From: Vulcanimicrobiota bacterium
GTDB taxonomy: Bacteria; Vulcanimicrobiota; Vulcanimicrobiia; Vulcanimicrobiales; Vulcanimicrobiaceae
Reading direction: 5' to 3'
DNA length: 64,000 nucleotides
NCBI GenBank assembly: GCA_963733295.1
Contig: CAVTCS010000003.1
Span: 1,824,001 to 1,888,000 of the forward strand
Position 1 is the first letter of the stretch. Each line of letters starts with the position of its first letter. Made by a program: the position numbers and the translations under genes. The notes beneath the pieces were generated by a model. That model searched no databases, had not been told where the DNA came from, and was given only the letters and a program-made list of their open reading frames with translations. This document shows positions 47,556-56,496 of the stretch, one piece after another.

Positions 47556-48713
47556 GTGAATCCGAAATTCGCGCTCCTCTGGATCACCGGGCTCGATCTG
47601 CGCATCACGCTGCTCGCGCTGCCGCCCGTGCTTCCGCTCATCCATCGCGACCTAGGACTCTCGGAATCGGGCGTGGCCGCGCTCTCGAACCTGCCGGTCC
47701 TCATGCTCGCGCTCTCGTCGATCTTCGGTTCGCTCTCGGTCGCCAAGCTCGGACCGCGGCACGCTCTCGTAATCGGAATTTGGACGATCGCGATTTCGTC
47801 GGCGCTGCGAGGAGCCGGACATTCGGTTTTCGCTCTCTTTGCGGCGACGTTCGTGATGGGACTCGGCATCGCGCTCATTCAGCCGGCATTCCCGGCGCTC
47901 TCGCGCGACTGGTTCCCGACGCGCGTGCCGCAGGCGACGGCGGTCTGGGCGAACGGGCTCGTCGCGGGTGAAGCGCTGGGGGCGTCGCTCACCTTGCCGC
48001 TCGTCCTGCCGCTCGTCGCATATCGCTGGGATTGGAGCTTCGTCGTGTGGGGCGCGTTCGTTGCGCTGACCGCTCTGCTGTTGATGGCTACGACGCGAGG
48101 CGAACCGCCGCACGATCCACTCCCCGGGACGCGCTGGTTCCCGGATTTTCGAAGCCCGCTGCAGTGGCAACTCGGCATCCTGCAGGGCGCGGCCAGCATC
48201 GCGTACTTCGGCGCAAACGCTTTCGTGCCCGACTACCTTCACGCGACGAATGCTGGAAATCTCGTCGGGCCCGCACTCTCGGCGCTCAACATCGCGCAGC
48301 TGCCCGCTTCGTTCGTGGTGGGACTCGTGCCGCTTCGGATCTTGGCCCTGCCCGCATCGTCGTTCGGCGTCGCAGGGTTGTTGGCGCTCGCCATTCTCGC
48401 CTTTCTGGCGGGGGGCGCTTGGACGGTCGTGGGCGCCGCGTTGGTAGGGTTCGGCGCCGCCTACGTTTTGATCGTGACCTTCGCCTTGCCGCCGCTCATC
48501 GCAGGCCCGCGCGACGTCGCCCGCCTCTCCGCGGGAACGTTCACGATCGCGTACGCGGGCGCGTTCCTCGTTTCGCTCGGCGCCGGCGCGCTGTGGGACG
48601 CAACGCATCACCCCGTGCTGGCTCTTCTTCCGATCGCATGCGCGCCGATTATCGTCGTCGCGCTTGGCCCCGCGCTAAGCCGCGCCGCCCTCACGGCTGA
48701 AGGTCACCGATGA
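47556..48713 (+). CDS. MFS transporter (CynX/NimT-like)
   Basis: About 12 TM, GLDLR..PPVLPLIHRDLGLS, GALWDAT. Confidence 0.85.
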   Translation: MNPKFALLWITGLDLRITLLALPPVLPLIHRDLGLSESGVAALSNLPVLMLALSSIFGSLSVAKLGPRHALVIGIWTIAISSALRGAGHSVFALFAATFVMGLGIALIQPAFPALSRDWFPTRVPQATAVWANGLVAGEALGASLTLPLVLPLVAYRWDWSFVVWGAFVALTALLLMATTRGEPPHDPLPGTRWFPDFRSPLQWQLGILQGAASIAYFGANAFVPDYLHATNAGNLVGPALSALNIAQLPASFVVGLVPLRILALPASSFGVAGLLALAILAFLAGGAWTVVGAALVGFGAAYVLIVTFALPPLIAGPRDVARLSAGTFTIAYAGAFLVSLGAGALWDATHHPVLALLPIACAPIIVVALGPALSRAALTAEGHR

Positions 48714-49216
48714 TTTTGAGACTGCTGAGGCGCGGGAGTGTGGAGGCGCAGATCGATGTACGGCGTTCGCGGCTCGCGGCTCGCCGGGACGTCTTCAGGA
48801 ACGCGTGCGCTGCTTGGACCAATGCTGCGGACAAAGCGGTAGATCGCGCGCTGATCGTCGAGCGTAAGGTGACGCAGGTCGTGCCACTGCATCCGCCCGC
48901 CACGAGTTCGCACGGAGAAAAGCCACTGGTCCTCGGTAATTTCGTGGAACCATTGGCGCACGTTGATGGGGTACTCGGTGCCCCAGGCTTGGCGCAGGCC
49001 AATTTGGCTACCGATCATCCAGGAGCTTAGCGCGACGTTCCCGTCGGAGTCGCGCCACATCGGTGTGTGGCAGTCGTTGCAGGCGCCGATGACCACAAGG
49101 TAGCGCCCCCTGGCAAGCAACGGATCCAGGTCCGGCGTCGTCCGTTCGGCGCTCGCCGGATCGAAGCAGAGGCCGGCTGCTATGAGGAGTAGGCTCCCGA
49201 GCAGAGCGGTGCGCAT
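48704..49216 (-). CDS. Periplasmic cytochrome c
   Basis: Signal peptide, RGRYLV..GACNDCHTP. Confidence 0.8.
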   Translation of the reverse strand: MRTALLGSLLLIAAGLCFDPASAERTTPDLDPLLARGRYLVVIGACNDCHTPMWRDSDGNVALSSWMIGSQIGLRQAWGTEYPINVRQWFHEITEDQWLFSVRTRGGRMQWHDLRHLTLDDQRAIYRFVRSIGPSSARVPEDVPASREPRTPYIDLRLHTPAPQQSQNHR

Positions 49217-49226
49217 AGTGTTCCCT

Positions 49227-51176
49227 CTATTTTCCGGAAGGACTGTACCACTTGTGTAGCATTTCATTGATGCTCTTGAGGCGCACGGGTTTCGAAAGAT
49301 AATCGTCCATCCCGGCCACAAGACAGGCGTCACGGTCCTCTTTGAAAGCGTTCGCAGTCATCGCGACGATGGGTATATGCCGCGCGCTTCCCTTTTCGGC
49401 GTTACGAATGAGGCGCGTTGCTTCAAAACCATCGACGCTGGGCATCTGACAATCCATAAAGACGAGATCGAAGGTTCCGCGTTCGACAGCCGCAACAGCC
49501 TGCGCGCCATCGCCTACAATCGTCACGCCAACCCCGAGCTGCTCAAACTGATTGATCAAAACTTCATGCATGGCAGTGCTATCTTCGGCGACCAACACGG
49601 TTGGCGGATTCTCCCACGCCGTCTGGCGCTGGGCTCCTTCGTTCCTTTCTTGGCCGGCGCCGTCCACTCGCGAGACGGTCTCAACGATTCGATCAAAGAA
49701 GCGGGAAGCGCGCACGGGTCGGCGGAGCGCCTCATCCGGCCCAATAGTGATAACTCGCCCGGGCTCGAGACCGCATGGCCCGGCGAATGCGTCGCTAAGC
49801 GCTGCAGACCCGTTCCCCGGTACCTCGACGATTGCGATGTAGCTTGCAGCTATGCGCCCCGCATCAAGGATCTTGAGCGCGTCTTCAACGCTCCGTACTT
49901 TGACGCTCGGAATAGCCCAAGAGCTGAGGTAGGACTCCAGTATCTCCGCCAGCATTTCATCTTCGGTCGCGACGAGGGCAGAAATGCCGAAGATGTGCGG
50001 GACGGGTGAGGAACCTGGGGCAACGTCAAAACGCACGGTGAAGCTGAATCGTGAGCCCACGGCGACCTCGCTTGTCACGGCGATCGTTCCGCCCATGAGT
50101 TCCACGAGACGCCTTGAGATCGAGAGACCCAAGCCCGTACCGCCGAACCGGCGCGACGCTGAATCGTCGGCTTGCACAAATGGTTCAAAAAGTTTTGGCA
50201 GGACGTCGCTCGCAATTCCGATGCCTGTGTCATCGATCTCGAAGCGGACAGTCACACTCGAGCCGATGCTCCCCTCAGCCAAGGCGCGAACGACAACTCG
50301 CCCAGCGGTGGTGAATTTTACCGCATTGCCGATCAGGTTGAGCAAAATCTGACGCAGGCGATCCGCATCACCTTCAAGCACGGGCGGAACCGCCGGGTCA
50401 ATGAAGCAGTGAAGCCGCAGTCCCTTTTGACGAGCCGTCTGCGCGAGAACGTCCACCGCACCGCAGACGATACTTTCGAGCTCAAAGCGACGCACGTCCA
50501 GGTGCACCTTGCCGGCTTCGATCTTTGAGAAGTCAAGGATGTTGCTGATGATTCCAAGGAGCGCTTCGGCCGACTCGTTGATCTTTTCCACGTAATTACG
50601 TTGGCGATCCGTCAATTCGTTTCCCGAAAGGAGCTCGGATATGCCGATAATCGCATTGAGCGGGGTGCGTAGCTCATGACTCATCGCCGCGACAAATTGC
50701 GATTTGAGCTGCGATGCATCGAGCGCGCGATCACGGTCCGCTTCGGCATCGATACGGCGCCGTCGCTCGCCAACGGTTTGCAAGCGAAGCTCCTCGGCGC
50801 GTTTTCGTTCGGTGATGTCGATGATCGTCGCAAGAACGAAGTGACCTTGCGACGTGGAAATTGGACTGAGGCCGATTTCAACCGGCATCTCCGTGCCGTC
50901 GCACCGTAGAGCGTAGAGGTCGCGTCCGGCTCCCATCGATCGCGCCGCGGGCGCCGCATCGTAGCTCGCTCGTAAGGCGGGATGTGCGCCGCGAAAGCGC
51001 TCTGGGACCAGGTCTTCGACCGGCATACCCAGCAAATCGGCCCGATCGTAACCGAACAGCCGCTCGACCTGCGCGTTCGAATGAACGATCCGGCCGGCTT
51101 CATCGACCGCAACAATCGCAACGGGAGCTGCATCGAGGAGCAGACTTAGGTGCTCGGGTTGGCCGACAGAGGACAT
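49227..51176 (-). CDS. Hybrid PAS sensor histidine kinase / response regulator
   Basis: PAS domain, MSHELRTPLN, NLIGNAVKFT, GGTGLGL, C-terminal receiver (MDCQMP). Confidence 0.92.
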   Translation of the reverse strand: MSSVGQPEHLSLLLDAAPVAIVAVDEAGRIVHSNAQVERLFGYDRADLLGMPVEDLVPERFRGAHPALRASYDAAPAARSMGAGRDLYALRCDGTEMPVEIGLSPISTSQGHFVLATIIDITERKRAEELRLQTVGERRRRIDAEADRDRALDASQLKSQFVAAMSHELRTPLNAIIGISELLSGNELTDRQRNYVEKINESAEALLGIISNILDFSKIEAGKVHLDVRRFELESIVCGAVDVLAQTARQKGLRLHCFIDPAVPPVLEGDADRLRQILLNLIGNAVKFTTAGRVVVRALAEGSIGSSVTVRFEIDDTGIGIASDVLPKLFEPFVQADDSASRRFGGTGLGLSISRRLVELMGGTIAVTSEVAVGSRFSFTVRFDVAPGSSPVPHIFGISALVATEDEMLAEILESYLSSWAIPSVKVRSVEDALKILDAGRIAASYIAIVEVPGNGSAALSDAFAGPCGLEPGRVITIGPDEALRRPVRASRFFDRIVETVSRVDGAGQERNEGAQRQTAWENPPTVLVAEDSTAMHEVLINQFEQLGVGVTIVGDGAQAVAAVERGTFDLVFMDCQMPSVDGFEATRLIRNAEKGSARHIPIVAMTANAFKEDRDACLVAGMDDYLSKPVRLKSINEMLHKWYSPSGK

Positions 51177-51296
51177 CGCTTCGTTACCCACAGTTCGGCC
51201 GTTCGCGCAATCTGGCTGCAACCTGCCTTTTCACTAAGCTAGCGAGCTGGCCTTGTGATGGAACTGAGGGTGAGTCGGCGCGAGCGGGGATTGCGT

Positions 51297-52496
51297 TTAG
51301 TGCGGTGCCGGCGGGTAGAGCACGAGCGGGAAGGTCAACCAAAGCATGCCCTTCCACTGCGGCCCACCGGTGCCGCCGTATAGCGCCGAGTTTCCACCCA
51401 GATTTGTCTCGAGATAACCGTGAAGGTACGGTGTCCAGGGAAGATTGAAGGACGCGTTGATCGAGTTGCCGTTGATCGTACCGCCTGTAACCGACATGTC
51501 GTTGAAGTCGTGGCGGAACGTGAAGAGCAAATTTCCGCGGAAAACCTCTTCCATGACCTCGGCACTAAAGCCACGGCTGCTCGTCCACGGATATGCAGTG
51601 TTCGTGGCCGGGTTGAGGCCCGGGTTCGTGTCGGTTTGACCCTGGTAGGCGAGAAAGAAACCGGGACGTCCTTGCGGCGTCGGATCGAGCTGCATGTAAC
51701 CCGCCATCGATGAGTAGCTGTCGAGGCCCGTGCTCACCGGCGTACTGCCGACGCTTCCAAACACTCCGAAATCGAAGGGACTTCGCGGCGTCGCGTACGC
51801 GATCTTATACTGGAACGTCTTGTCATTGGGACCGAAGTCGGTGGCACCGTTCAGATCTTCACCGCTCAGCAGATAGGCAGCTTCGACGTCGAGGCCTTTG
51901 TTGATCCAAGCGTACTTCGTTCCCCAACGGTTATCATAGGTTGCGCCCCAGTCGTGTTCACCCACGACCGTACTTGAAGCAAGCGGTCCGTCAAGATCGG
52001 AGTCCTGACTGTAGATCGACGGCGCCGGATTCTCGACTTTGCCGACAAATAAGTGCGAGTTTTCAGACCCGAGATGATTGTACGCGGCCCACATCGTGTC
52101 GACGCCACCCGGCTCGCTGCCTTGCACGACCCAAACCTGCACGTGGTACGTGACATCGGGAAGCGCGTACCCGATCGCGTGGATCGCCAAGTTGCCGAAG
52201 TCGTAGCGCGGCGTCCCCGTGCCCGCGCCGGCCGCCGAGTCGTAGTTCATCGCCTCGTCGATCCAGATCGGAAACGTCTTATCCATCTGATCACGGGGGA
52301 TGGCGGAGTACCCGGTTCGTTGGACGTAGCGTCCGTACGCATTGAGCAGCGGGACCAGGGTGTGGCACGCGCTACATTTGAGGCCGGTGGCTTGGGCGAA
52401 CTCGGGCATCGCCTGGGATTCGCGCGGCGCAATGAAGATGCTCGCCAGCAAGACCAAAAGCGCCGCAGCCATGAGGACAAGCGTTCTTGCGTTCAT
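51297..52496 (-). CDS. Cyc2-like fused monoheme cytochrome c / outer-membrane porin (copy 2)
   Basis: After the signal peptide: AMPEFAQATGLK-CSACH-TLVPLLNAYGRYVQRTGY, followed by a beta-strand-rich region. Confidence 0.78.
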   Translation of the reverse strand: MNARTLVLMAAALLVLLASIFIAPRESQAMPEFAQATGLKCSACHTLVPLLNAYGRYVQRTGYSAIPRDQMDKTFPIWIDEAMNYDSAAGAGTGTPRYDFGNLAIHAIGYALPDVTYHVQVWVVQGSEPGGVDTMWAAYNHLGSENSHLFVGKVENPAPSIYSQDSDLDGPLASSTVVGEHDWGATYDNRWGTKYAWINKGLDVEAAYLLSGEDLNGATDFGPNDKTFQYKIAYATPRSPFDFGVFGSVGSTPVSTGLDSYSSMAGYMQLDPTPQGRPGFFLAYQGQTDTNPGLNPATNTAYPWTSSRGFSAEVMEEVFRGNLLFTFRHDFNDMSVTGGTINGNSINASFNLPWTPYLHGYLETNLGGNSALYGGTGGPQWKGMLWLTFPLVLYPPAPH

Positions 52497-52571
52497 AGTG
52501 CTTAACCTAAAGTCCGAATGCGAAGAAGGTGCGAATACGCCCCTTCACATCCGCGAAGAAGCGCGGGTGCG

Positions 52572-53603
52572 TCACTTTATGGCGGCGACGTCTTGCTCGC
52601 TGACCGGGCCGGCGCTGTTGCCCCAAGCGGAGCGAATGTACGTCGCGACGGCCGCGATCTCGGCCGCCGACAACTGCCCTTTCCACGACGGCATCACGTT
52701 CTTGCCGTGAACGATCGTTCCCAGCATCGACGCCGGGTCGGCTGCCGTCACGTGCGCGTTCCCGGCGAGGGCCGGGAAGAGTCCCCCGCCCCCACCCTGG
52801 CCGTTGGCCGAGTGGCAGGTCGCACATCGCTTACCGAAGATCGACGAGCCTACCGCAGTCGCAACCTGCTTTCCGGCGCTTGCGACCTGCGCCTCGGTGA
52901 CGCCCGGAGCGTTGTTACCCCACGAACTGCGAACGAAGGTCGCGACCGCGGCGATATCCGCGTTGGAGAGTTGACCTTTCCAGGTCGGCATCGTCCCATT
53001 GTACGTCTTCCCGTTCACCGTAAGCGGTCCGCTGCGGCCGTTGACGATTATGGCGATCATTGCCTTCGCGTCGGAGGCGACCACTTCGGGGTTTCCCGCG
53101 AGCGGCGGGTATTGTGCAGTTCCCTGTCCTGAGGGTTGATGACATGTCGCGCACTTTTGCGCAAACAGTTGGCCTCCGCTCGACGCGATCGGGGCCCGCG
53201 CAGCGGCGACCTGGTCCTCAGATACGGCGGCGCCTTTGTTGTTCCAGGTACTGCGCACGTACGTCAGTACCGCGGCGATTTCGGCATTCGAAAGCCTGCT
53301 TTCCCAGGCTGGCATCGTGCCGCTATACGTCCTGCCGTTGATCTGGATCGGACCCGTGCGTCCGTGCAAGACCGTGTTGATCAAACTCGCGGTGTCGGCG
53401 GCGCTTAAATCAGAATTGCCGGCGAGCGGCGGGTAAGGTCCGTTCCCCAGGCCGGTTGCCGAATGGCACGCCGAACAGTGCTGCATGAAGATCGCTGCAC
53501 CATTTGATTCTGCAGCCGTTGCGGCTACGACGGCGCGAGGCGACGGCAGAAATGATGCCGCGAACACCGCAAAGGCACAGAGAACAAGTCCGCGCAGAAT
53601 CAT
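52572..53603 (-). CDS. Triheme periplasmic cytochrome c (three tandem class I domains)
   Basis: CSACH, CATCH and CATCH, each followed by PxLAGN and MPxW. Confidence 0.9.
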   Translation of the reverse strand: MILRGLVLCAFAVFAASFLPSPRAVVAATAAESNGAAIFMQHCSACHSATGLGNGPYPPLAGNSDLSAADTASLINTVLHGRTGPIQINGRTYSGTMPAWESRLSNAEIAAVLTYVRSTWNNKGAAVSEDQVAAARAPIASSGGQLFAQKCATCHQPSGQGTAQYPPLAGNPEVVASDAKAMIAIIVNGRSGPLTVNGKTYNGTMPTWKGQLSNADIAAVATFVRSSWGNNAPGVTEAQVASAGKQVATAVGSSIFGKRCATCHSANGQGGGGGLFPALAGNAHVTAADPASMLGTIVHGKNVMPSWKGQLSAAEIAAVATYIRSAWGNSAGPVSEQDVAAIK

Positions 53604-53722
53604 CGACGACCCCCTCGAAGAGCGGACGTGCCTAAGACGTTATGTTCCTCATCTGCGCATTCCTACGCGACAAAGGCGGTCGAGGCGCGCCGGGAGCGGA
53701 CTCCCGCGAGGCACCGGACGAT

Positions 53723-53749
53723 GCGAAGGGCCGGTGAAGAATGTTGAAG
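53723..53749 (+). promoter_or_regulatory. Direct-repeat array GCGAAG/GTGAAG/TTGAAG (11- and 10-bp spacing)
   Basis: Divergent intergenic region. Resembles the arrays at 56393 and 62025. Confidence 0.45.
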
Positions 53750-53829
53750 CTTCCCTTCCTACAGCCTGGCTGCGGAAGCGCTACAACTGATCTATGTCGC
53801 TCGCAGCGCCGTCTATACTTGGAGGAACC

Positions 53830-54348
53830 ATGCAAAGTAAGATCCAGCAACGCACGCTCGTGCAATGCCCCGTCGCCCAAGCTTCGAGGCGCCTCTCCGA
53901 CTTTTTCCGCGCCCACGGCAACGCCGACGGCGATACTGCGCAACTCGCGCTGCGCGTGGATGCGCGGATCCCCGGACTGTCGACGCCCGTTCGCCTTGAA
54001 CGCTCGGTCATTGTAACGATTGCGCCACATCGCCGTGAAGGCGCGATGACGCCTGAATACAACGTTGCTTGGGCGCCGACGGAAGAGGGGCCGTTTCCAC
54101 TCTTTGCGGGAACGATACGAGTGGACGCAACCGATGACTACAATTCGTTTTTCTTAGTGCTGGAAGGTTCGTACGAACCCCCGCTCGGCGCCGTCGGCGC
54201 AGCATTCGACGTCCTGATCGGTGCCCGCATCGCGGCCGTCTGCGCGCGCAACCTACTATCGCGCATCGGCGACGAGACCGAAGCGCTCTATTTAGCCGAT
54301 GAGGCGAAGAAAACGGCCTCCCTGCAAGGCCTCGTCCTGCCGGCCTAA
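53830..54348 (+). CDS. Hypothetical protein (SRPBCC-like)
   Basis: GGAGG RBS, PFPLFAG and LEGSYEPPLG motifs. Confidence 0.75.
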   Translation: MQSKIQQRTLVQCPVAQASRRLSDFFRAHGNADGDTAQLALRVDARIPGLSTPVRLERSVIVTIAPHRREGAMTPEYNVAWAPTEEGPFPLFAGTIRVDATDDYNSFFLVLEGSYEPPLGAVGAAFDVLIGARIAAVCARNLLSRIGDETEALYLADEAKKTASLQGLVLPA

Positions 54349-54362
54349 GCCCGGCTTAGCAC

Positions 54363-55076
54363 CTACGGCACAGGCATCTTATAGCCGACACCGAGGACCG
54401 TCACAATCCGTTGGGGGTGGCTGGGATCGTCCTCAATCTTGCGGCGTAGGTTCGCGATGTGGCGATCGAGCGTGCGATCGAATATTTCACTGTCGGTTCC
54501 GACTTTGTCAAGGAGCTGATCGCGTGAAAGAACGAGCCCCACATTTGTTGTGAACGTGTGCAACAAGCGGTATTCCATCGGCGTCAACGCTACGAGCGCG
54601 CCGTTCAAGCGCACTTCATGTGCTCCCGGATCGATGTGAATTGCGCCGACGCGAAGGACGACGCGATCGGTCGTTTCTCCCTGCTTGGCACTTGATGGGC
54701 CGCGCGCTCGTCGCAAAACCGTCTTCGCTCGCGCAACGACCTCGCGCGGGCTAAAAGGTTTCCCGATGTAGTCGTCCGCCCCGATCTCAAGGCCGACCAC
54801 TCGGTCCACTTCGTCAACCCGCGAGGTCAGCATAATGATCGGAGCGTCGTACACGGCGCGGATGCGGCGAAGTACTTCGCTTCCATGGAGGCCGGGCAGG
54901 TTGAGGTCCAGGACGATTAGGTCGGGTCGCTCGTGAAGCGCAACCTTGACCGCTTCGTTACCTTCGCTCGCCGTAGAAACGACGAAGCCGTCATCGCGCA
55001 GGTATCGTGCGACGACGTCGACGATGGCGGCTTCGTCGTCGACAACGAGGACGCGAGGGGGGCGATCGTGTTCCAT
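54363..55076 (-). CDS. OmpR-family response regulator
   Basis: VLVVDDE, LIVLDLNLPG, GADDYIGKPFS and a winged-helix C-terminus. Confidence 0.92.
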   Translation of the reverse strand: MEHDRPPRVLVVDDEAAIVDVVARYLRDDGFVVSTASEGNEAVKVALHERPDLIVLDLNLPGLHGSEVLRRIRAVYDAPIIMLTSRVDEVDRVVGLEIGADDYIGKPFSPREVVARAKTVLRRARGPSSAKQGETTDRVVLRVGAIHIDPGAHEVRLNGALVALTPMEYRLLHTFTTNVGLVLSRDQLLDKVGTDSEIFDRTLDRHIANLRRKIEDDPSHPQRIVTVLGVGYKMPVP

Positions 55077-55210
55077 ATTAGGTCAAACGCGCTCCGAGGC
55101 ACCCGCGTGTATTCCCTCGTCGGTCGAGGCAACCTGCTCGCTCGGTCTCGCGCTCGCCACGTTATTCGAGGAAGTAGGACTTGGCTTGGATTGTGGTTTA
55201 CCACTCGACG

Positions 55211-55405
55211 ATGAGCGACCGGCCCGATGCGCGCGCGATCGTCCACGACATGCGCAATCAACTTGCAATCGCCGTTGCACACCTTGAGAGTTGGCGCGAT
55301 GGAAAACTTGCGCCAACCCCGCCGCGCATTACCGTCGTTCTCGATGCGCTCGCGCAACTCGATGTGCTAATCGAAATGCTCTACGCGGCACCGCGCAGCG
55401 ATTAG
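55211..55405 (+). CDS. Stand-alone HisKA/DHp-like small protein (64 aa)
   Basis: VHDMRNQLAIAVAHLESWRDGKLAPTPPRI resembles the H-box helix pair of BaeS-like kinases. Confidence 0.65.
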   Translation: MSDRPDARAIVHDMRNQLAIAVAHLESWRDGKLAPTPPRITVVLDALAQLDVLIEMLYAAPRSD

Positions 55406-56370
55406 GAAGGGACGAGCTGTGGTTGCGCAGCGTGCTTCTGGTGTTCGGTCACGCTGGGAGCTACCATCCGCCTCCGCACAACGGCAACGGGCACCGGAGC
55501 CTCTCGCGCTACCTCCTCGGCCACGCTGCCCAGGAAGAGTCGGCGAATGCCGCGACGGCCATGCGTTCCGATCACGATCAAGCTGGCGCGCTCCGTCCTT
55601 GCGAGTTTGAGAATCTCTTCGACCGGCGCACCCTCGAATAGCCTGACCTCTGTTGCAATGCCGCATGCCGTGGTGCGTTCCGCGGCTGCGGAGAGCAGCT
55701 TACGCGCATCGGCTTTCTCTTCCGCAAATGCGTCCTTGACCGCGTAGCGCTGCGCATTTGCCATTTGGTGAAGCGTTTGCAGATGGAGGACGTGCAGCAA
55801 GACAATCGTCGTCGCCTTCGGGTGCGCGAGAGACAGCGCGAACTCTAAAGCCGCATCTGCCGGATCGGAGTCGTCGATCGCGACCAAAATACGTGAGAGC
55901 GGATCCGCCGGTAGCGCCCTCTCTGCTTGCGAGACGATCAGAACCGGAATATCGGTCCGCCTAAGAACGCCCTCGGCCGTACTTCCGAGGAAGAGCCGGC
56001 TAGCGCCGTGGCGCCCGTGGCTTCCCATCACGATTGCCGAAACCCCGCGCTCGTGCGCAGCCTCTGCGATCGCGCCAGCGGGGGGCCCGGCAAGCTCGAA
56101 ACCGTGAGCCGTGACGCCCAGCGCCTTCGCTTTTTGTTGCGCGGCGTGCACGAGCGCTTTGCACTCGTCTTCGAGCGCGTTAAGAATCGGGGTTAGGTCG
56201 GTCGCGACGTATGGAGACGAGCACTCTGCGATCGTTCCCGTGATATCGACCGCATTGCAGAACGTCAGCTCGGCGCCCTCGCCCTGCGCCAGGCGCAGCG
56301 CGTAGTCGACGGCCGGCGCTGAAGCCTCAGAGCCGTCGATCGGAACCAGAAGATGCTTGAGAATGCTCAT
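55402..56370 (-). CDS. Tandem-domain universal stress protein
   Basis: LLVPIDGS / ILVAIDDS, MGSHGR / IGTHGR, LGS(T/V)AE twice. Confidence 0.92.
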   Translation of the reverse strand: MSILKHLLVPIDGSEASAPAVDYALRLAQGEGAELTFCNAVDITGTIAECSSPYVATDLTPILNALEDECKALVHAAQQKAKALGVTAHGFELAGPPAGAIAEAAHERGVSAIVMGSHGRHGASRLFLGSTAEGVLRRTDIPVLIVSQAERALPADPLSRILVAIDDSDPADAALEFALSLAHPKATTIVLLHVLHLQTLHQMANAQRYAVKDAFAEEKADARKLLSAAAERTTACGIATEVRLFEGAPVEEILKLARTERASLIVIGTHGRRGIRRLFLGSVAEEVAREAPVPVAVVRRRMVAPSVTEHQKHAAQPQLVPS

Positions 56371-56392
56371 GGGACTACCATAAGTTCCTCTC

Positions 56393-56420
56393 ATGAAGAC
56401 CGGGCGAAGGGGATGCGAAG
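56393..56420 (+). promoter_or_regulatory. 11-bp-period array ATGAAG/GCGAAG/GCGAAG
   Basis: Lies between the divergent usp and xfp genes. Confidence 0.5.
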
Positions 56421-56496
56421 AGCGTTCATGCGGGACGCGTCGCAGCGTGAGAGGATGGCGCTGTTCAGCACCGTCTCCCAAGAGGATAGCCTTATC

